From assembly GCA_002269645.1 (NCBI GenBank), contig NIVC01000393.1, positions 434,001-498,000 on the forward strand: a stretch of DNA of 64,000 nucleotides, written 5' to 3'. Positions 10,957 to 24,100 of the stretch are shown in pieces. A program made the position numbers and the translations under genes. Within the stretch, counting starts at the first letter, position 1. Each line of letters starts with the position of its first letter. The DNA is from Macrostomum lignano (lineage: Eukaryota). The notes under the pieces were generated by a model. That model did no database searches. It was given only the letters and a program-made list of their open reading frames with translations, and was not told where the DNA came from.

Positions 10957-11947
10957 ATGCAGACATTGGTTCGGCTGACTGCCATTGGCGCACTGTTGAC
11001 AGTCTGTCTGGCTGTCACCTGCATCGGCAGCCCTGCTGGCACGATTGATGAAGATGCCTATGCAGCTGAGGATAATTATGCCCGTGACCTGGAGGATCTG
11101 GACGAGGACAAACGGAGTTTAGCGTTCAAAGACAACGCTGACTATGGGCGAAAGCCTGAGCTGCAGTCTGGAGAGGAGGTGAGATGCACGTTTAATTATA
11201 GTTTAACTAAATTTATATTGTTGATGTCAAGGCATCTGAGCTCGTCCGTCAGAATGAGTCCACAGACCCTCATCTGAGTCTGTCAGAATGAGTCCATAGA
11301 CACTGATCTGAGTCTGTCAGAATGAGCCCATAGACACTGATCTGAGTAATGTCAGAATGAGTCCATAGGCACTGATCTGAGTCTGTCAGAATGAGTCCAT
11401 AGACACTGGACTGAGTCTGTCAGAATGAGTCCATAGACACTGAACTGAGTCTGTCAGAATGAGTCCATAGACACTGAACTGAGTCTGTCAGAATGAGTCC
11501 ATAGACACTGATCTGAGTCTGTCAGAATGAGTCCATAGACACTGATCTGAGTCTGTCAGAATGAGTCCATAGACACTGATCTGAGTCTGTCAGAATGAGT
11601 CCATAGACACTGATCTGAGTCTGTCAGAATGAGTCCATAGACACTGATCTGAGTCTGTCAGAATGAGTCCATAGACACTGATCTGAGTCTGTGAGAATGA
11701 GTCCATAGACACTGATCCGAGTCTGTCAGAATGAGTCCATAGCCATGGATGAAGGAATCATCCTTCCTTCATCCATGTCCATAGCACACTGTCATGATTT
11801 CAATACTTGCAAAGTAGTTTTGTTCATATATTTATGTTTCAAACATTTAAAATTTTACAGCCAATTCAAAAGTCTCCATCTGCCAAGTGGTTCATCAGAC
11901 ACCACATCTCTTCTCGAGCTTCGCGGCGCGGTGGCTGGGGTCGTTAA
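10957..11947 (+). CDS. Neuropeptide prohormone (2 exons, 102 aa)
   Basis: Exon 1 is 10957-11178 (donor GTGAGA, phase 0); exon 2 is 11861-11947 (acceptor TTTTACAG). The protein has a signal peptide MQTLVRLTAIGALLTVCLAVTCIG, an acidic spacer, KR-SLAFKDNADY-G-RK and a C-terminal ...RRGGW-G-R-stop. This gives two Gly+basic amidation/cleavage signatures. Confidence 0.78.
11243..11742. repeat. Intronic 34-bp minisatellite GAGTCTGTCAGAATGAGTCCATAGACACTGATCT, ~15 copies
   Basis: Fills the prohormone intron. Confidence 0.96.
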
Positions 11948-12331
11948 AAATACTGAATCTTTCCCATTATTGCATGTACACGTATGTGCGTCGTAAAGGT
12001 GCCCATTAAGACGATCAGGAACTTTGAAAACTTTGGACTTACATGCATATATCTCACAGGAAACGTGCATGTCATGTAGACGAACATTATGCACTGTTGT
12101 TTTAGTAGCGAGCCATCTGCTATTACCTGATCTCACCTATAATCGTGTTATCCTCCTTAATCTTAACTGCAACGAAAACTATATCAATTGTTGTTAAAGT
12201 GTTTTGTCACCTTCGAGGATTAAAACTGCTGGTCTGTCGTTTTTATTATTGTATGAAAGAAACTTAATAATCGAACCTTTGCTTGGATTTCCTTTCAAAA
12301 CCATGCAGTCTTCCGTTGTTTCTCACTCACT

Positions 12332-12558
<227 letters not shown>

Positions 12559-15500
12559 CATTTTTTAAATATATATAGTATGATACTTTGATCGAGAAAT
12601 ACAAGTTTCTCTCGCGGTGTCGCGTTTAATTACTAGAAAAGACAGAAAGGCACAGACAGACAGACAGACATGTAAAAGATACATGTACATCTTGTAATAA
12701 ATGTAGCAATTAAGTAATGCAATGAGTATTAGGACTAAAACAATTCCCTGAGATTTGTTGCTCATACTTGCGGCTAACATGCAACTAGCTTCAAATTCGG
12801 GAACTTGGAATGTCAAACTTTGCAATCTAAATGATACGGAGGATGTTCCCAGTCTTCAATTATTGTTCTTGAAAAAAATTATGGACATATGTTCGGTCTT
12901 TTCTTTCAAGCTGTCGTACAATATTTGCCATTAAAAATAAAAGTCTAAGGCCCACAGAAATATGACCACATTGTCATAAATTGTCGACTTATCGTTGATC
13001 GATCGTTATATCACAAGTTGTATTTTTGCAACAATTTAAAAACCCACTTTTCGGATATTCTTTCGAATAATTGCCAGCAATCCTTTCATCTGATTTTTTT
13101 GTCTGATTAATACATATAAACTTATTTTTATCACCTACGAATTCAAGTGATACCATACTTGTCTTTTAATTCCTTACTTAAATACTTCTTGCTTTGTTTG
13201 CCGTTAAAGATTTTTGAAGTTTCGTAGAAAAAAAATTGGCGCCCTTTCAAATACTATATTATTGTAAAACTCGCCGCACAGGGGTCGTTCTCAAAGCTAG
13301 GTCACAACTTTTTGTTATTGCAAAAAAAGTTTATACATCGACCAATAATCGTACAAAAAAAATTATTTCGACAATTTCTGTAAGAAGCTGCTACTAAAAC
13401 CACAAGAAAACTTGAAATTGAGAAGAAATCAAGGCTATTTGTTATTCTTTGTTGCGGAAAATAAACGACAAAAATATTAAAGAGAAAATAAAATTTTCTT
13501 CTATTTTTATTTTAAATATGCAGTTAAATTTCTTTTGCAAAAATAAAAGAACAAGAAATTGACAAAGGAAATGTTTTTGAGCACAGCATTTTGTTACTCT
13601 GCTCTAAATCCCAGACATTTAAAATTATCGTGTGCGAAAAAGTGCGAAATTATTATAGCATGCACTCGAAAGGACTTCGATCAGTTTAACTAATCACTGA
13701 ATTAAGAAGTCTAAATAAGTCTTGAAAAGTTGAATTAAAAATCAAGTTTTCACTATGTATCTTTTCAAAGTCAAGATGATTCGACAAATAAAGAATGTTC
13801 ATTTTTATGGTGAATAGAATTGTTCATTTTTACATTAAATATAATAAAATCTAACTAATAATAGAAAAAGTCAGGGAACTATCCTTGAACACCAAAAAGC
13901 ACATTGTGGATTTAATATCAACTGCATGTTCCTTAATAAAGGAATTCGGATTCTAGTATATATTTGATTATTTGTAGCATAATTTCTGAAAACTATAACT
14001 TGCTTGATTTTACTTTAAGTACTTATTACATTAATACTTATACCAAAGCTGCATGTACTTAAAATAAAAAATTATAGTTACTTATTAGACATTTTACTCC
14101 AATTAACTTAAAATAATTCAAATTTATTTTAATCAATTCATTTTTTGAAACTTTTTGGAAAATAGACAAAATTGAATTATTTAATTACCAAAAACCTACT
14201 AGCTTAACTAAAATAGCAGTTAGTCTTTAAAAAAAGATTTCACTTGTTAATTGAGAAAAATGAGGGTGTGCGAGGTGTAAAAATGCGAAAGAGCATGCAG
14301 GAAACAGAGACAAACAAAAATGTAGGTAAAAGACACTGCACATGCACATAATATGATAACCAGACATAATGCGCACACTGAAACACCAGTAGCAATGACG
14401 CCCAAGCTTTTGATGATCACAAGCGAAAAGGCAAAACCCAGCCATCAATCAAAGAAGTAGACTATAGCACGCATCTTGAGTGCATCACGCATTTTTTGCA
14501 GAGAAGCTCGAAAATTAACATTGTATTCTGTGCACAACCACCAACTGCGACAGGGTCTGCCGGGGGATTTGTGGGCACGCGGTCGCGGATACAAATCGGA
14601 GGAGTCGCTGACCATTCTGAAATTACTAGCTAGTACATGTAATTTTGTGTATTAATATATTTAGCCCGCTTTATTTCTATGCTCTCGTCCGCCTCTCGTT
14701 AATGCATCCCCAGACTCATGGAATAATCAAACTTATGATCGAACTATGCATGGCTTCCGTCCCTCGCTTTGAATCTCTCACCTCCCCATAGTTCCATCAA
14801 CCTTACCGTAGTGGCTTCCTATGCAAAAATCATCCCTCCGCATCTTACACAGGCTACTTCAGGCTGTAGACTGTACTACACTATTAATTAGTTGCGCTAA
14901 GGAATCTACATGTATTTTGCTCGCAGCGCAACGCGCTGCTCAAAGAAGTTTAGATCTATCTAGATATTCTAGTAATTTCAGGTTTGTCCATAGACTAGAG
15001 CTCATGAGATGAGAATTCCATTAACTAGTACATTTAATATGAATGAACTGCGTGTGTGTGTGCTGTGCATACATATGTATAATATACGAGTAGTTTATGG
15101 GCCAAATTATTGTGTGGCACAATTCTTGGCATCACTCAGCAGGCACAAGATGCAGTTAAGCAGCGCACGAAAATTCTACAAAAGAAATTGAGCCTGGTTG
15201 AGGTGATGCGAGGAGGCAGATCCACACAATCTCAGTGAATACACCAGACTGCACCAGATACGAGTCCAGTCGAATGTGCGCACTGGTCTAAGCAGCACAC
15301 GCATGTCCTTCTGACAATGACGGCACCTAGCTTCGTCCAAGCCTTTGCCAGCGTCACTGACAGCGTCAATACTACCATGCAGTGCCACCTGCAGCACCGA
15401 CAACGGCAATTCCTCCAGTTAGCCCACAACAGTGGCTAAACTGAGGGACATGGAACCTACCCGCAGAAGACACACACATACACACACAGCACCGGCAGCA

Positions 15501-17231
15501 GCACTCTGACAGCATAACCTAAAGCTCCATGAGCTCAGTTTTCAAGCATTGAAGAAGCAGAAGCAGTCATCTTGAATCCAGGGATCAGGAAGAGTGTTGC
15601 ATGTCCGACATGTGCTGTTTCCGTGGCAAAAGGTGATGGAGCAAATTAATCAACACTTACTATCTAGCTCGTATTAAGACTAAAAAACTGAGGCAAGCTG
15701 GGATTAAACCAAAGAAAATTTTTTACTATACTTTTTTACCATGTACTTTTACTATACTTCTATAGTATAGTAGAGAGGTACTCTATTTAAATGCAGTAAG
15801 AAGTGAAACAAATTTATATATTTAATTATTAAAATTAAATTAATTCAAGGTAAATAACTAATTTAACCAATTTATTAGAAGTATTTAATATTTTAATAAA
15901 TTGATTTTTATACCTTACACGAAATAAGCTCTACATTCATTTCTTAGCTTGGGGCCCATCTGTATAAGGTCAGTTTCTTCAAAATGCTGATTAATTAATT
16001 AAGGCCTGTTGTCTTTACTTAAATTTATAAGGGCATCTTAGAAGTTAATATTACTATATAATACATGTATAATATTATTACTATATTATAATAATATAGT
16101 TGCAATTTTAATGACTATTGAATAAGTCTAAATGCTTCCCCTATTGACTCTAAATATATGGTATCTTTACCTTCAGAAAAAATTAGCATAGAATGACTTG
16201 ATGAAAACAAAAAAAATCATTTCGAGATACACATTTGCTGATCATTCAGGTCAAATTTCAAGGTCCAGTTTTGCACATGTTTCTCTGTAGCTTGGTTACA
16301 AGGATTTTAATAAAAATATAATAAATATGTCCAATGTACTAACTGATACATAGCCAAATTGAAGTATTTTCAAAAACAAAAAAAATCATTTGCTCAGTTT
16401 ACTTTACTGGATATCTGTGTAAAATTTCAGCTCAAAAGGTGCTCCATGGAGAATGCTAGTGTGGTTACAGGATATTTATTTTGTGCTTCAAAGTAGGAGT
16501 TTATTGCGATGCATGGTTGCTTTTAATTATTTTTATCAACAATAGTGCTCTATTTCATAACAATTTTTTACAAAAAGATAAAAAGACATGTTTTTCTAAT
16601 TATCTGCATCAAAATGTATCATTTTAAGCGCACATTCTAGACGTCAGCTGAAAAAATACATTTTGTGAGACGCAAAGAGGCTATCCCACCGGAAATTCTA
16701 GGCGTACAGTTAAGCGTCTATAAAATCATTTATAGTGCAGTTTATTGAGCTTTAAAAAAATCCTAAATTAAATTTATATAAGCTTTAATTTTAAATGTAA
16801 TATAGCAAGGTTTCAACACAACAACAACTTTTTTTTAGCTACAGACATCTTGTAGTACCAAAAATTAACATCGGTGAAATGATTGAATTTGAATTTTTTC
16901 ATCGCTAATTATCGCTTAATACCGCCAGATGATTAAAAAACACTTTTGCATGATAAAGTTTAACCCAAAAATTATCTTTATTCACAGATAAAAGTGTCCT
17001 ATTATTTTCAATATGGCAGTAACAATAGTAAATGTTCGGAAAATTGTTAAAATTTTTGCTCCTCCTAGAATTTGCGAACGACCCACATGTGATCCCATTC
17101 TATCGAAATAATATTAATATTAAATACACTGACTATACTGGCCAAACAGGCTTCTTGCCTGAGCCAAATTACTACTACTACTTACTACTACTACTCTTCG
17201 AATATTGACCTCCTAATCTTAAAAATACACA

Positions 17232-17484
17232 GGGCCTTTTCATATTGCTTGCTCTGGTTCCAGAACCAGAACCAATTTGTGAAGTATAACTTTTTGTCTC
17301 CATAACTAGAGGGAGATACGTGCTATAAAGTTCTTATTATTGAATGAAAATCGCCAAGAAGAAAGTGAAAAATTGTGCTAAGTTAGGTTGTTAAGGCAGT
17401 CAAATATTAACAGAGTTTAATAGTTATACTGCTGTTTTTCTTGGAATTCCGAACCGATTCTGGTTCGGTAATATGAAAAGGCCC
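17232..17484. mobile_element. MITE candidate (PIF/Harbinger-like)
   Basis: Perfect 15-bp inverted termini GGGCCTTTTCATATT (17232-17246) and AATATGAAAAGGCCC (17470-17484), with ACA on both flanks (possible 3-bp TSD). No coding capacity. Confidence 0.5.
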
Positions 17485-18789
17485 ACAGAAATATATTGGC
17501 CAAACAGACTTGTCATTACTTACTTAGATTAGGCCTTATTCTCATAAGCACTGCAATTTGGTACTTAATTCGAATGACCCAGATTAAGTTTTGACGTGTT
17601 GGATTTTATTTTATTATAGCTAAGACTAGCCGCCTCGGCCCTAGGCTTGGCTATGTTTGCTGATTTCTAGCTATGCTTCCATTGACTAGGCCTATGCTAT
17701 TGTTGGGCTTGGGCTTGGGGCTTGGGGGCTTAGGGGCAGGGCCGATGTGACGATGTCTTTTCGCCGATGTGACGTGCACCCAGGGCTATCTAACTGATTT
17801 GTCTAGGCCTATGCCATTGCTGCAGCACTTGGTTTTCTAATTTTTAGTCAGGTGTAATACTAATTAGACCTAGGCCCTATTAATTAATCCAATTTATTTA
17901 GGGTCAACTTTTCTCTTGTCTAGCCAAATTACAGGCCTAGCCAAAAACTGATTATGAATCGTTGTCTAAGTTTAGAAGTTTTTTATTTAAAACAAATTTA
18001 AAAGTATTTTTATTTTGTTAAGCCCACGCTGCCCACCCTAATTCAATTTTTTCTTTTTATTATAGCCTAGTTAGGGGCTAGGGCCTTTAATGTCTTGGCT
18101 AGACCCTACTAGCTTCCTAGACACTGTCATCTTATATTTTTGTAGACCTAATCTACTTTGAAGTAGATCTTGCCAATTAGGCTTAGATAAAAAGCATAGG
18201 GGGAGGGGCTAAAATACACATTTAGGATTTGTTCTTAAATTTAGGTAAAATGCCCAGGCCTAGCCTATGATAGTATATATCTACACAGGAAAATTCTGGT
18301 ATACAGAGGGACTTAGAGTATACTAAACACTATTGGTATACAAATTGGTATATAGAGGAGACTGGCATGCCTTCTTGCTCTTAGTAGGCCTAAATAGCTT
18401 AGCATACAAAGATTGCCAAGATAGGCCTAGCAAATAAGACCAACATTCTGAATCCTAATCAAACTATATAGCTAGCTTACAAAAATGAGTAAGTTTATAT
18501 TTTTATAGTCTTCATATATATAGAGTAGCTAAATTAAATTTTGTTATAAAGAATAGCTTTTAGCATTCTTAAAAAACAAAATTTAAAAAATCTTTAACTT
18601 TTTCTAAGAAATAAAAATAAACAAAACTGGGCCCTATTTAAAATAAACTAGTTCTTTATGGTTAAGTAAAAGGTCTATTAGTTTTTACTAATCATTTTTT
18701 CAATATTAAAATTTTGCAAGTCATTAAATATTGGTTATAGTTAGTTTTTTTTGGCATACTTTTATATATAATAAGTCTGCTGATATACA

Positions 18790-20260
18790 TCCCTATAGGA
18801 AAATGTTATAAAACTGTGGATGGTATCCAGTGGCAATGGCTAGAGTCCTGGCATCAGAACCCATTTTCAAAAGGCTATAGATCTAGCAATAATATTCTAG
18901 TAGTGCAATTTATGGGTATAATATAGTAGAAACATTTTACTTTTTAATGGGTGGTTGATATTAAGATTTTGTTCAAGATAAGATTGAAACAAAATGGTGA
19001 AATTCAAAATAGGATACTTCTAATGTTCAAAGAATTAATTATTTGATAACTGACTACAGAATATTGCTAGATCCATAGCCATTAGAAAACAGGTTCCGGT
19101 GCTAGAACTCTAGCCTTTATTAAAATTTAAGTGTCTAAGAGTTGCTGAAAAAGTAATTTCTGCTATATATACATGTATTTTGTTTTGCATAAGCAGTAAA
19201 TCAAAGGTTAAAAAGTGAGTTTTAGATATACAAAACTTTGTTTTTCTGAATTCTAATTTTGGAAAATTTCAATTTTGATTTTGATTTCAATAGAAAATGC
19301 AATGCTCTTTTGGAACATCTATAATAATGCTACAGTGCAGTAAAATAATTTGACTCTATTCTAGAGCACGCATCTGCAGGTTTTCAACATTTATTCCAAA
19401 AGGGGTATACATTGGCATATATGAGCTAGGAAAACAATTTTCATTCAGTGGTACATAGGTATACAATCCTAAGCTTGGGCCACAGCAAATGATAAGAAAT
19501 ATCATTCTCAGATAGTATTTTCTGATTAATTATGAAAGTGTGAGTGCTAGATAGATATTCTTTGTTTCTATGATTAGCAAGGACCTCTATATTATACAAC
19601 TAGGCCTATTGTAGTTTCAATTTATAAATGCTATTGCATGTAAGTATAAATAAAAACTGAGGCTAAACCCTATTGGAATAAATGTTAAAAACCCGCAGAC
19701 GTGCGCTTTAGAAAAAAGTCAAACTATTTTACCGCGCTTTAGGATTATTAGAGATGTTCCGAAAGATCTACAGTTTCGTCGAAATCAAAATTCACTAACT
19801 TTCCAAAATCAAAATTGAAATTTCCCGAAATCATAATTTAGAAAAACAAAGTTTAGTATGATCAACACTCACTTTTTTACTTTCAATTTACTGCTTAAGC
19901 AAAAAGTAATACATGTATATGTAGTAGAAAGTAGTTTATTTTTAGCGACTTTTTAGACACTACCAAAATTTTCACTTCTAAATTTTATTTCGAAATTGAA
20001 ATTCGCTCTAAAAAATTTCAAATTTTGGAAAATTGAAATTAAATTTTCGGAACATCTCTAAGCTTAATAAATTACGAGTGTATAAGCCCCTTCAACAGAG
20101 GTATTATACCCATTTCCATGTATATGTATTTGCTAGAGCAGCAGCCAGTAAGAAAGGGCAGCGCGCGCAGGCGCTGCGCCTGTGCGCGTGCTGCGCTTTA
20201 GAAAAATTTCAAAAGTGCGCCGGACGCCGTCCGCGGTTTTACAACTTTTTCCTATAGGGA
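18790..20260. mobile_element. Non-autonomous DNA transposon candidate with 30-bp imperfect TIRs
   Basis: TCCCTATAGGAAAATGTTATAAAACTGTGG (18790-18819) matches the reverse complement of 20231-20260 at 26/30 positions. No TSD was identified. Confidence 0.45.
19749..20060. mobile_element. MITE candidate (hAT-like TAGAGATG termini)
   Basis: Perfect 16-bp TIR TAGAGATGTTCCGAAA / TTTCGGAACATCTCTA with internal AAATTGAAAT subterminal repeats. An inverted partial copy lies at about 19205-19290. The 8-bp flanks match only 5/8. Confidence 0.55.
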
Positions 20261-21184
20261 GGCTAAACTATCAGACTTCAAAGCTATTCAATATAATGTT
20301 TCCTCTTTTCTCATTCTAGACTTGAGACCAGACAATTGTAGAGTTATTGGGTGAAACAGAAACTTCTTTCAGTTTGTAAAGATAAGACTATAAAATTTCT
20401 GGAAGCCATATATTTAGAAGTATAAAAAAAGGCCATTGACTAATGTAGATAGTAGAGCAACCCAAGTTTAAATCTTAGCTATAGTGCTACAGTACTAATA
20501 TATATACTTCAAGTACTTAATTTCATAGAAGGCTTCAAAAACTGTAAGAACTTCCCATTTTACCCAATATGAATGTAAAAACATTTGCATTGGTAAAATG
20601 TGTCATATAAGTCATATATGTCATATAGTATGATATAAAATGCAATTTAAAAGAAAAATGCAAAGATTCGCTTTGCATTTGCATTTCTAAAATAAATTGG
20701 ACATTCACTCACACCTATATATAAATATATATATATAGCCACCTTACTTGCTGTTTTGCCCAAATTCAGGCATGGAATGTCCCAGGTGCTGATGCCCTTT
20801 TGGCCACAGATGTGCCGCATATCCCTCTCTGCATATGCAAGTGCTGCACAAAGTAACTTAACCTTTTGAGTGGTGCACCATTGTTTGTGGTCTTGGTCCT
20901 CTGGTAACACTGGTTGATTAGTCATCCTGGTAAAAGAAAACACTTTAAGGTTCTTAGAGAATGGAGCTAACTAAGTAAATTTTCACATGCATAACTTCTA
21001 AAGCTTCACTGATTATGTAACTTAGTTTGACTAGTAATGCAACAAGTTGCTTTGGCGCCATCCTCAAGTTAAACAGTGCCTGCAGAAAATAATTATTATT
21101 TCTGTTTATTAAGTATTGCATCGAATGAACCAAAACTCTTCTGAGCTGCAGTCAGTCTCAGCAGATTGATAGCTCTCTTACCTC

Positions 21185-24100
21185 ATGGCCACCGGATCAG
21201 CTTCCGCTCAACAATTTTACAATGGCAGTGCCAGCAATAATTCTTATCTGACTTCTACACTGGAAGATCTCATGTCAGACAGCTTGGACGAGATGGCGCC
21301 CTCAACGATGTCGGCTGGCTTGCCGTCTGGAGGTTCCGGACAGCCAGGTGCCAAAGCTGTTGAACTGCTGGACCAGCTCAGATCCTGCATGACTGACCTG
21401 TCTGATGTGCGAGGCATCTTTAGAGCTGCGGGTGAGACCGGTGAACATATTTATCAATCATGTCAGCCTTACTTGCCACCTTCCCAGTTGATTGAGATTC
21501 CGTTTTAGGCTCCCAGAATACTTTCTATTGGGAAGATTGTGCAGAATTTTTAAGGCGCCAATGCGCCTGTGTCCAAGTTGGACTGTCGGTAGCTGTGCCT
21601 GTCCACCTGTCCATCTGCCGTCCACCTGTCTCATCTATCTGTCTGTCCACCTGTCCATCTGCCGTCCACCTGTCTTATCTATCTGTATGTCCACCTGTCC
21701 ATCTGCCTGTCCACCTGTCTCATCTGTCTGTCCACCTGTCTCATCTGTCTGTCTACCTGTCTAACCTATCTGTCTGTCCACTGTCTCATCTGTCTGTCTA
21801 CCTGTCCATCTGCCTGTCCTCCTGTCTTGTTTATCTGTCTGATCACCTGTCTTGTCCATCTGTCTGTCTACCTGTCTTGTCCATCTGTCTGTCTACCTGT
21901 CTTGTCCACCTGTCTAGTCCATCTGTCCACCCATCTTGTTCATCTGTCCACCTGTCTTGTCCATCTGTCTGTCTACCTGTCTTGTCCATCTGTCTGTCTA
22001 CCTGTCTTGTCCACCTGTCTAGTCCATCTGTCCACCCATCTTGTTCATCTGTCCACCTGTCTTGTCCACCTGTCCACCTATCTTGTCCATCCTGTTCACC
22101 TGTCTTGTCCATCTGCCTGACCACCTATAAGAGCGCACAATGACAGTATCTCAGCCTAGAAATATCCCAGACTCAAACTTGCCCCTAAATCCTCAGGCGC
22201 TGAGAACGCCAGGTTCGTGCGCCAGCTGGCTCACGAGCTGCCGCCGAGTTCGCCGGTGCCCACCGGCACTGCTGCGGCGCCTTCGTCGACTTCAACCGCG
22301 AACGGCGTCGGCCAGTCGGACTTGAAGCGCCAAGTGGCCGAGCTGGAGTCCGAGAATGCCAGCCTGAGAGCCGAGTTGGCGACTGTCAGGCTGCAGCTCG
22401 ACCAGCTGCTCACTAGAAGTCCTAGGCAGTACTCCGGCTTGGCCCCTGTCAAGGAGGGCGGCGATGCAGCGACCGCGGCATCCGCTCAGAGCTCCGTGCT
22501 GGTTGGCATTGCCGCGCCTGAGGCCACTTCGACAGCTAAGAAACCCACGGCTCTGGTTAATGCCATGCCGGCTGTTCCAGCGGCTTCTAACACTGGTGCG
22601 TGTGGCTTAGCATGCGTTTGTACTTTAGTCAGTCAAGTCGCAGACAGGGCTTTTGATGCCAGCAGTTACATCTTCCAATTTTCTATCAGAGTTTCTCACT
22701 GAGAGTTTCCCACTGAGAGTTTCCCATTGAGAGTTTCCCACTGAGAGTTTCCCATTGAGAGTTTCCCACTGAGAGTTTCCCATTGAGAGTTTCCCTCTGA
22801 GAGTTTCCCATTGAGAGTTTCTCACTGAGAGTTTCCCACTGAGAGTTTCCCATTGAGAGTTTCCCATTGAGAGTTTCCCACTGAGAGTTTCCCTCGGAGA
22901 GTTTCCCATTGAGAGTTTCCCACTGAGAGTTTCCCATTGAGAGTTTCCCACTGAGAGTTTCCCACTGAGAGTTTCCCATTGAGAGTTTCCCACTGAGAGT
23001 TTCCCTCTGAGAGTTTCCCACTGAGAGTTTGCCATTGAGAGTTTCCCATTGAGAGTTTCCCATTGGCATTGAGAGTTTCCCACTGAGAGTTTCCCATTGA
23101 GAGTTTCCTACTGAGAGTTTCCCATTGAGAGTTTCCCTCGGAGAGTTTTTCCACTGAGAGTTTCCCACTGAGAGTTTCCCATTGAGAGTTTCCCACTGAG
23201 AGTTTCCCAATGGCATTGAGAGTTTCCCACTGAGAGTTTCCCATTGAGAGTTTCCCACTGAGAGTTTCCCACTGAGAGTTTCCCATTGAGAGTTTCCCAC
23301 TGTTAGTTTCCCATTGATAGTTTCCCACTGTTAGTTTCCCATTGAGAGTTTCCCTCTGAGAGTTTCCCTCTGAGAGTTTCCCATTGAGAGTTTCCCACTG
23401 AGAGTTTCCCTCTGAGAGTTTCCCTCTGAGAGTTTCCCATTGAGAGTTTCCCACTGAGAGTTTGCCATTGAGAGTTTCCCATTGAGAGTTTCCCATTGGC
23501 ATTGAGAGTTTCCCACTGAGAGTTTCCCATTGAGAGTTTCCTACTGAGAGTTTCCCATTGAGAGTTTCCCTCGGAGAGTTTTTCCACTGAGAGTTTCCCA
23601 CTGAGAGTTTCCCATTGAGAGTTTCCCACTGAGAGTTTCCCATTGGCATTGAGAGTTTCCCACTGAGAGTTTCCCATTGAGAGTTTCCCACTGAGAGTTT
23701 CCCACTGAGAGTTTCCCATTGAGAGTTTCCCACTGTTAGTTTCCCATTGATAGTTTCCCACTGTTAGTTTCCCATTGAGAGTTTCCCTCTGAGAGTTTCC
23801 CTCTGAGAGTTTCCCATTGAGAGTTTCCCACTGAGAGTTTCCCTCTGAGAGTTTCCCTCTGAGAGTTTCCCATTGAGAGTTTCCCACTGAGAGTTTGCCA
23901 TTGAGAGTTTCCCATTGAGAGTTTCCCACTGAGAGTTTCCCATTGAGAGTTTCCCACTGAGAGTTTCCCTTTGAGAGTTTCCCTCTGAGAGTTTCCCATT
24001 GAGAGTTTCTCACTGAGAGTTTTCCACTGTGAGAGTTTCCCACTGTGAATTTCCATTGAGAGTGGAAATTATTTTTCATGTTTCTCCCAACCACCCCCCG

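Noticed and set aside
15135-15640. GC-richer island with coiled-coil-like and CPTC-containing fragments
   Set aside because: Short, frame-inconsistent pieces; cannot distinguish degenerate gene or TE remnants from noise.
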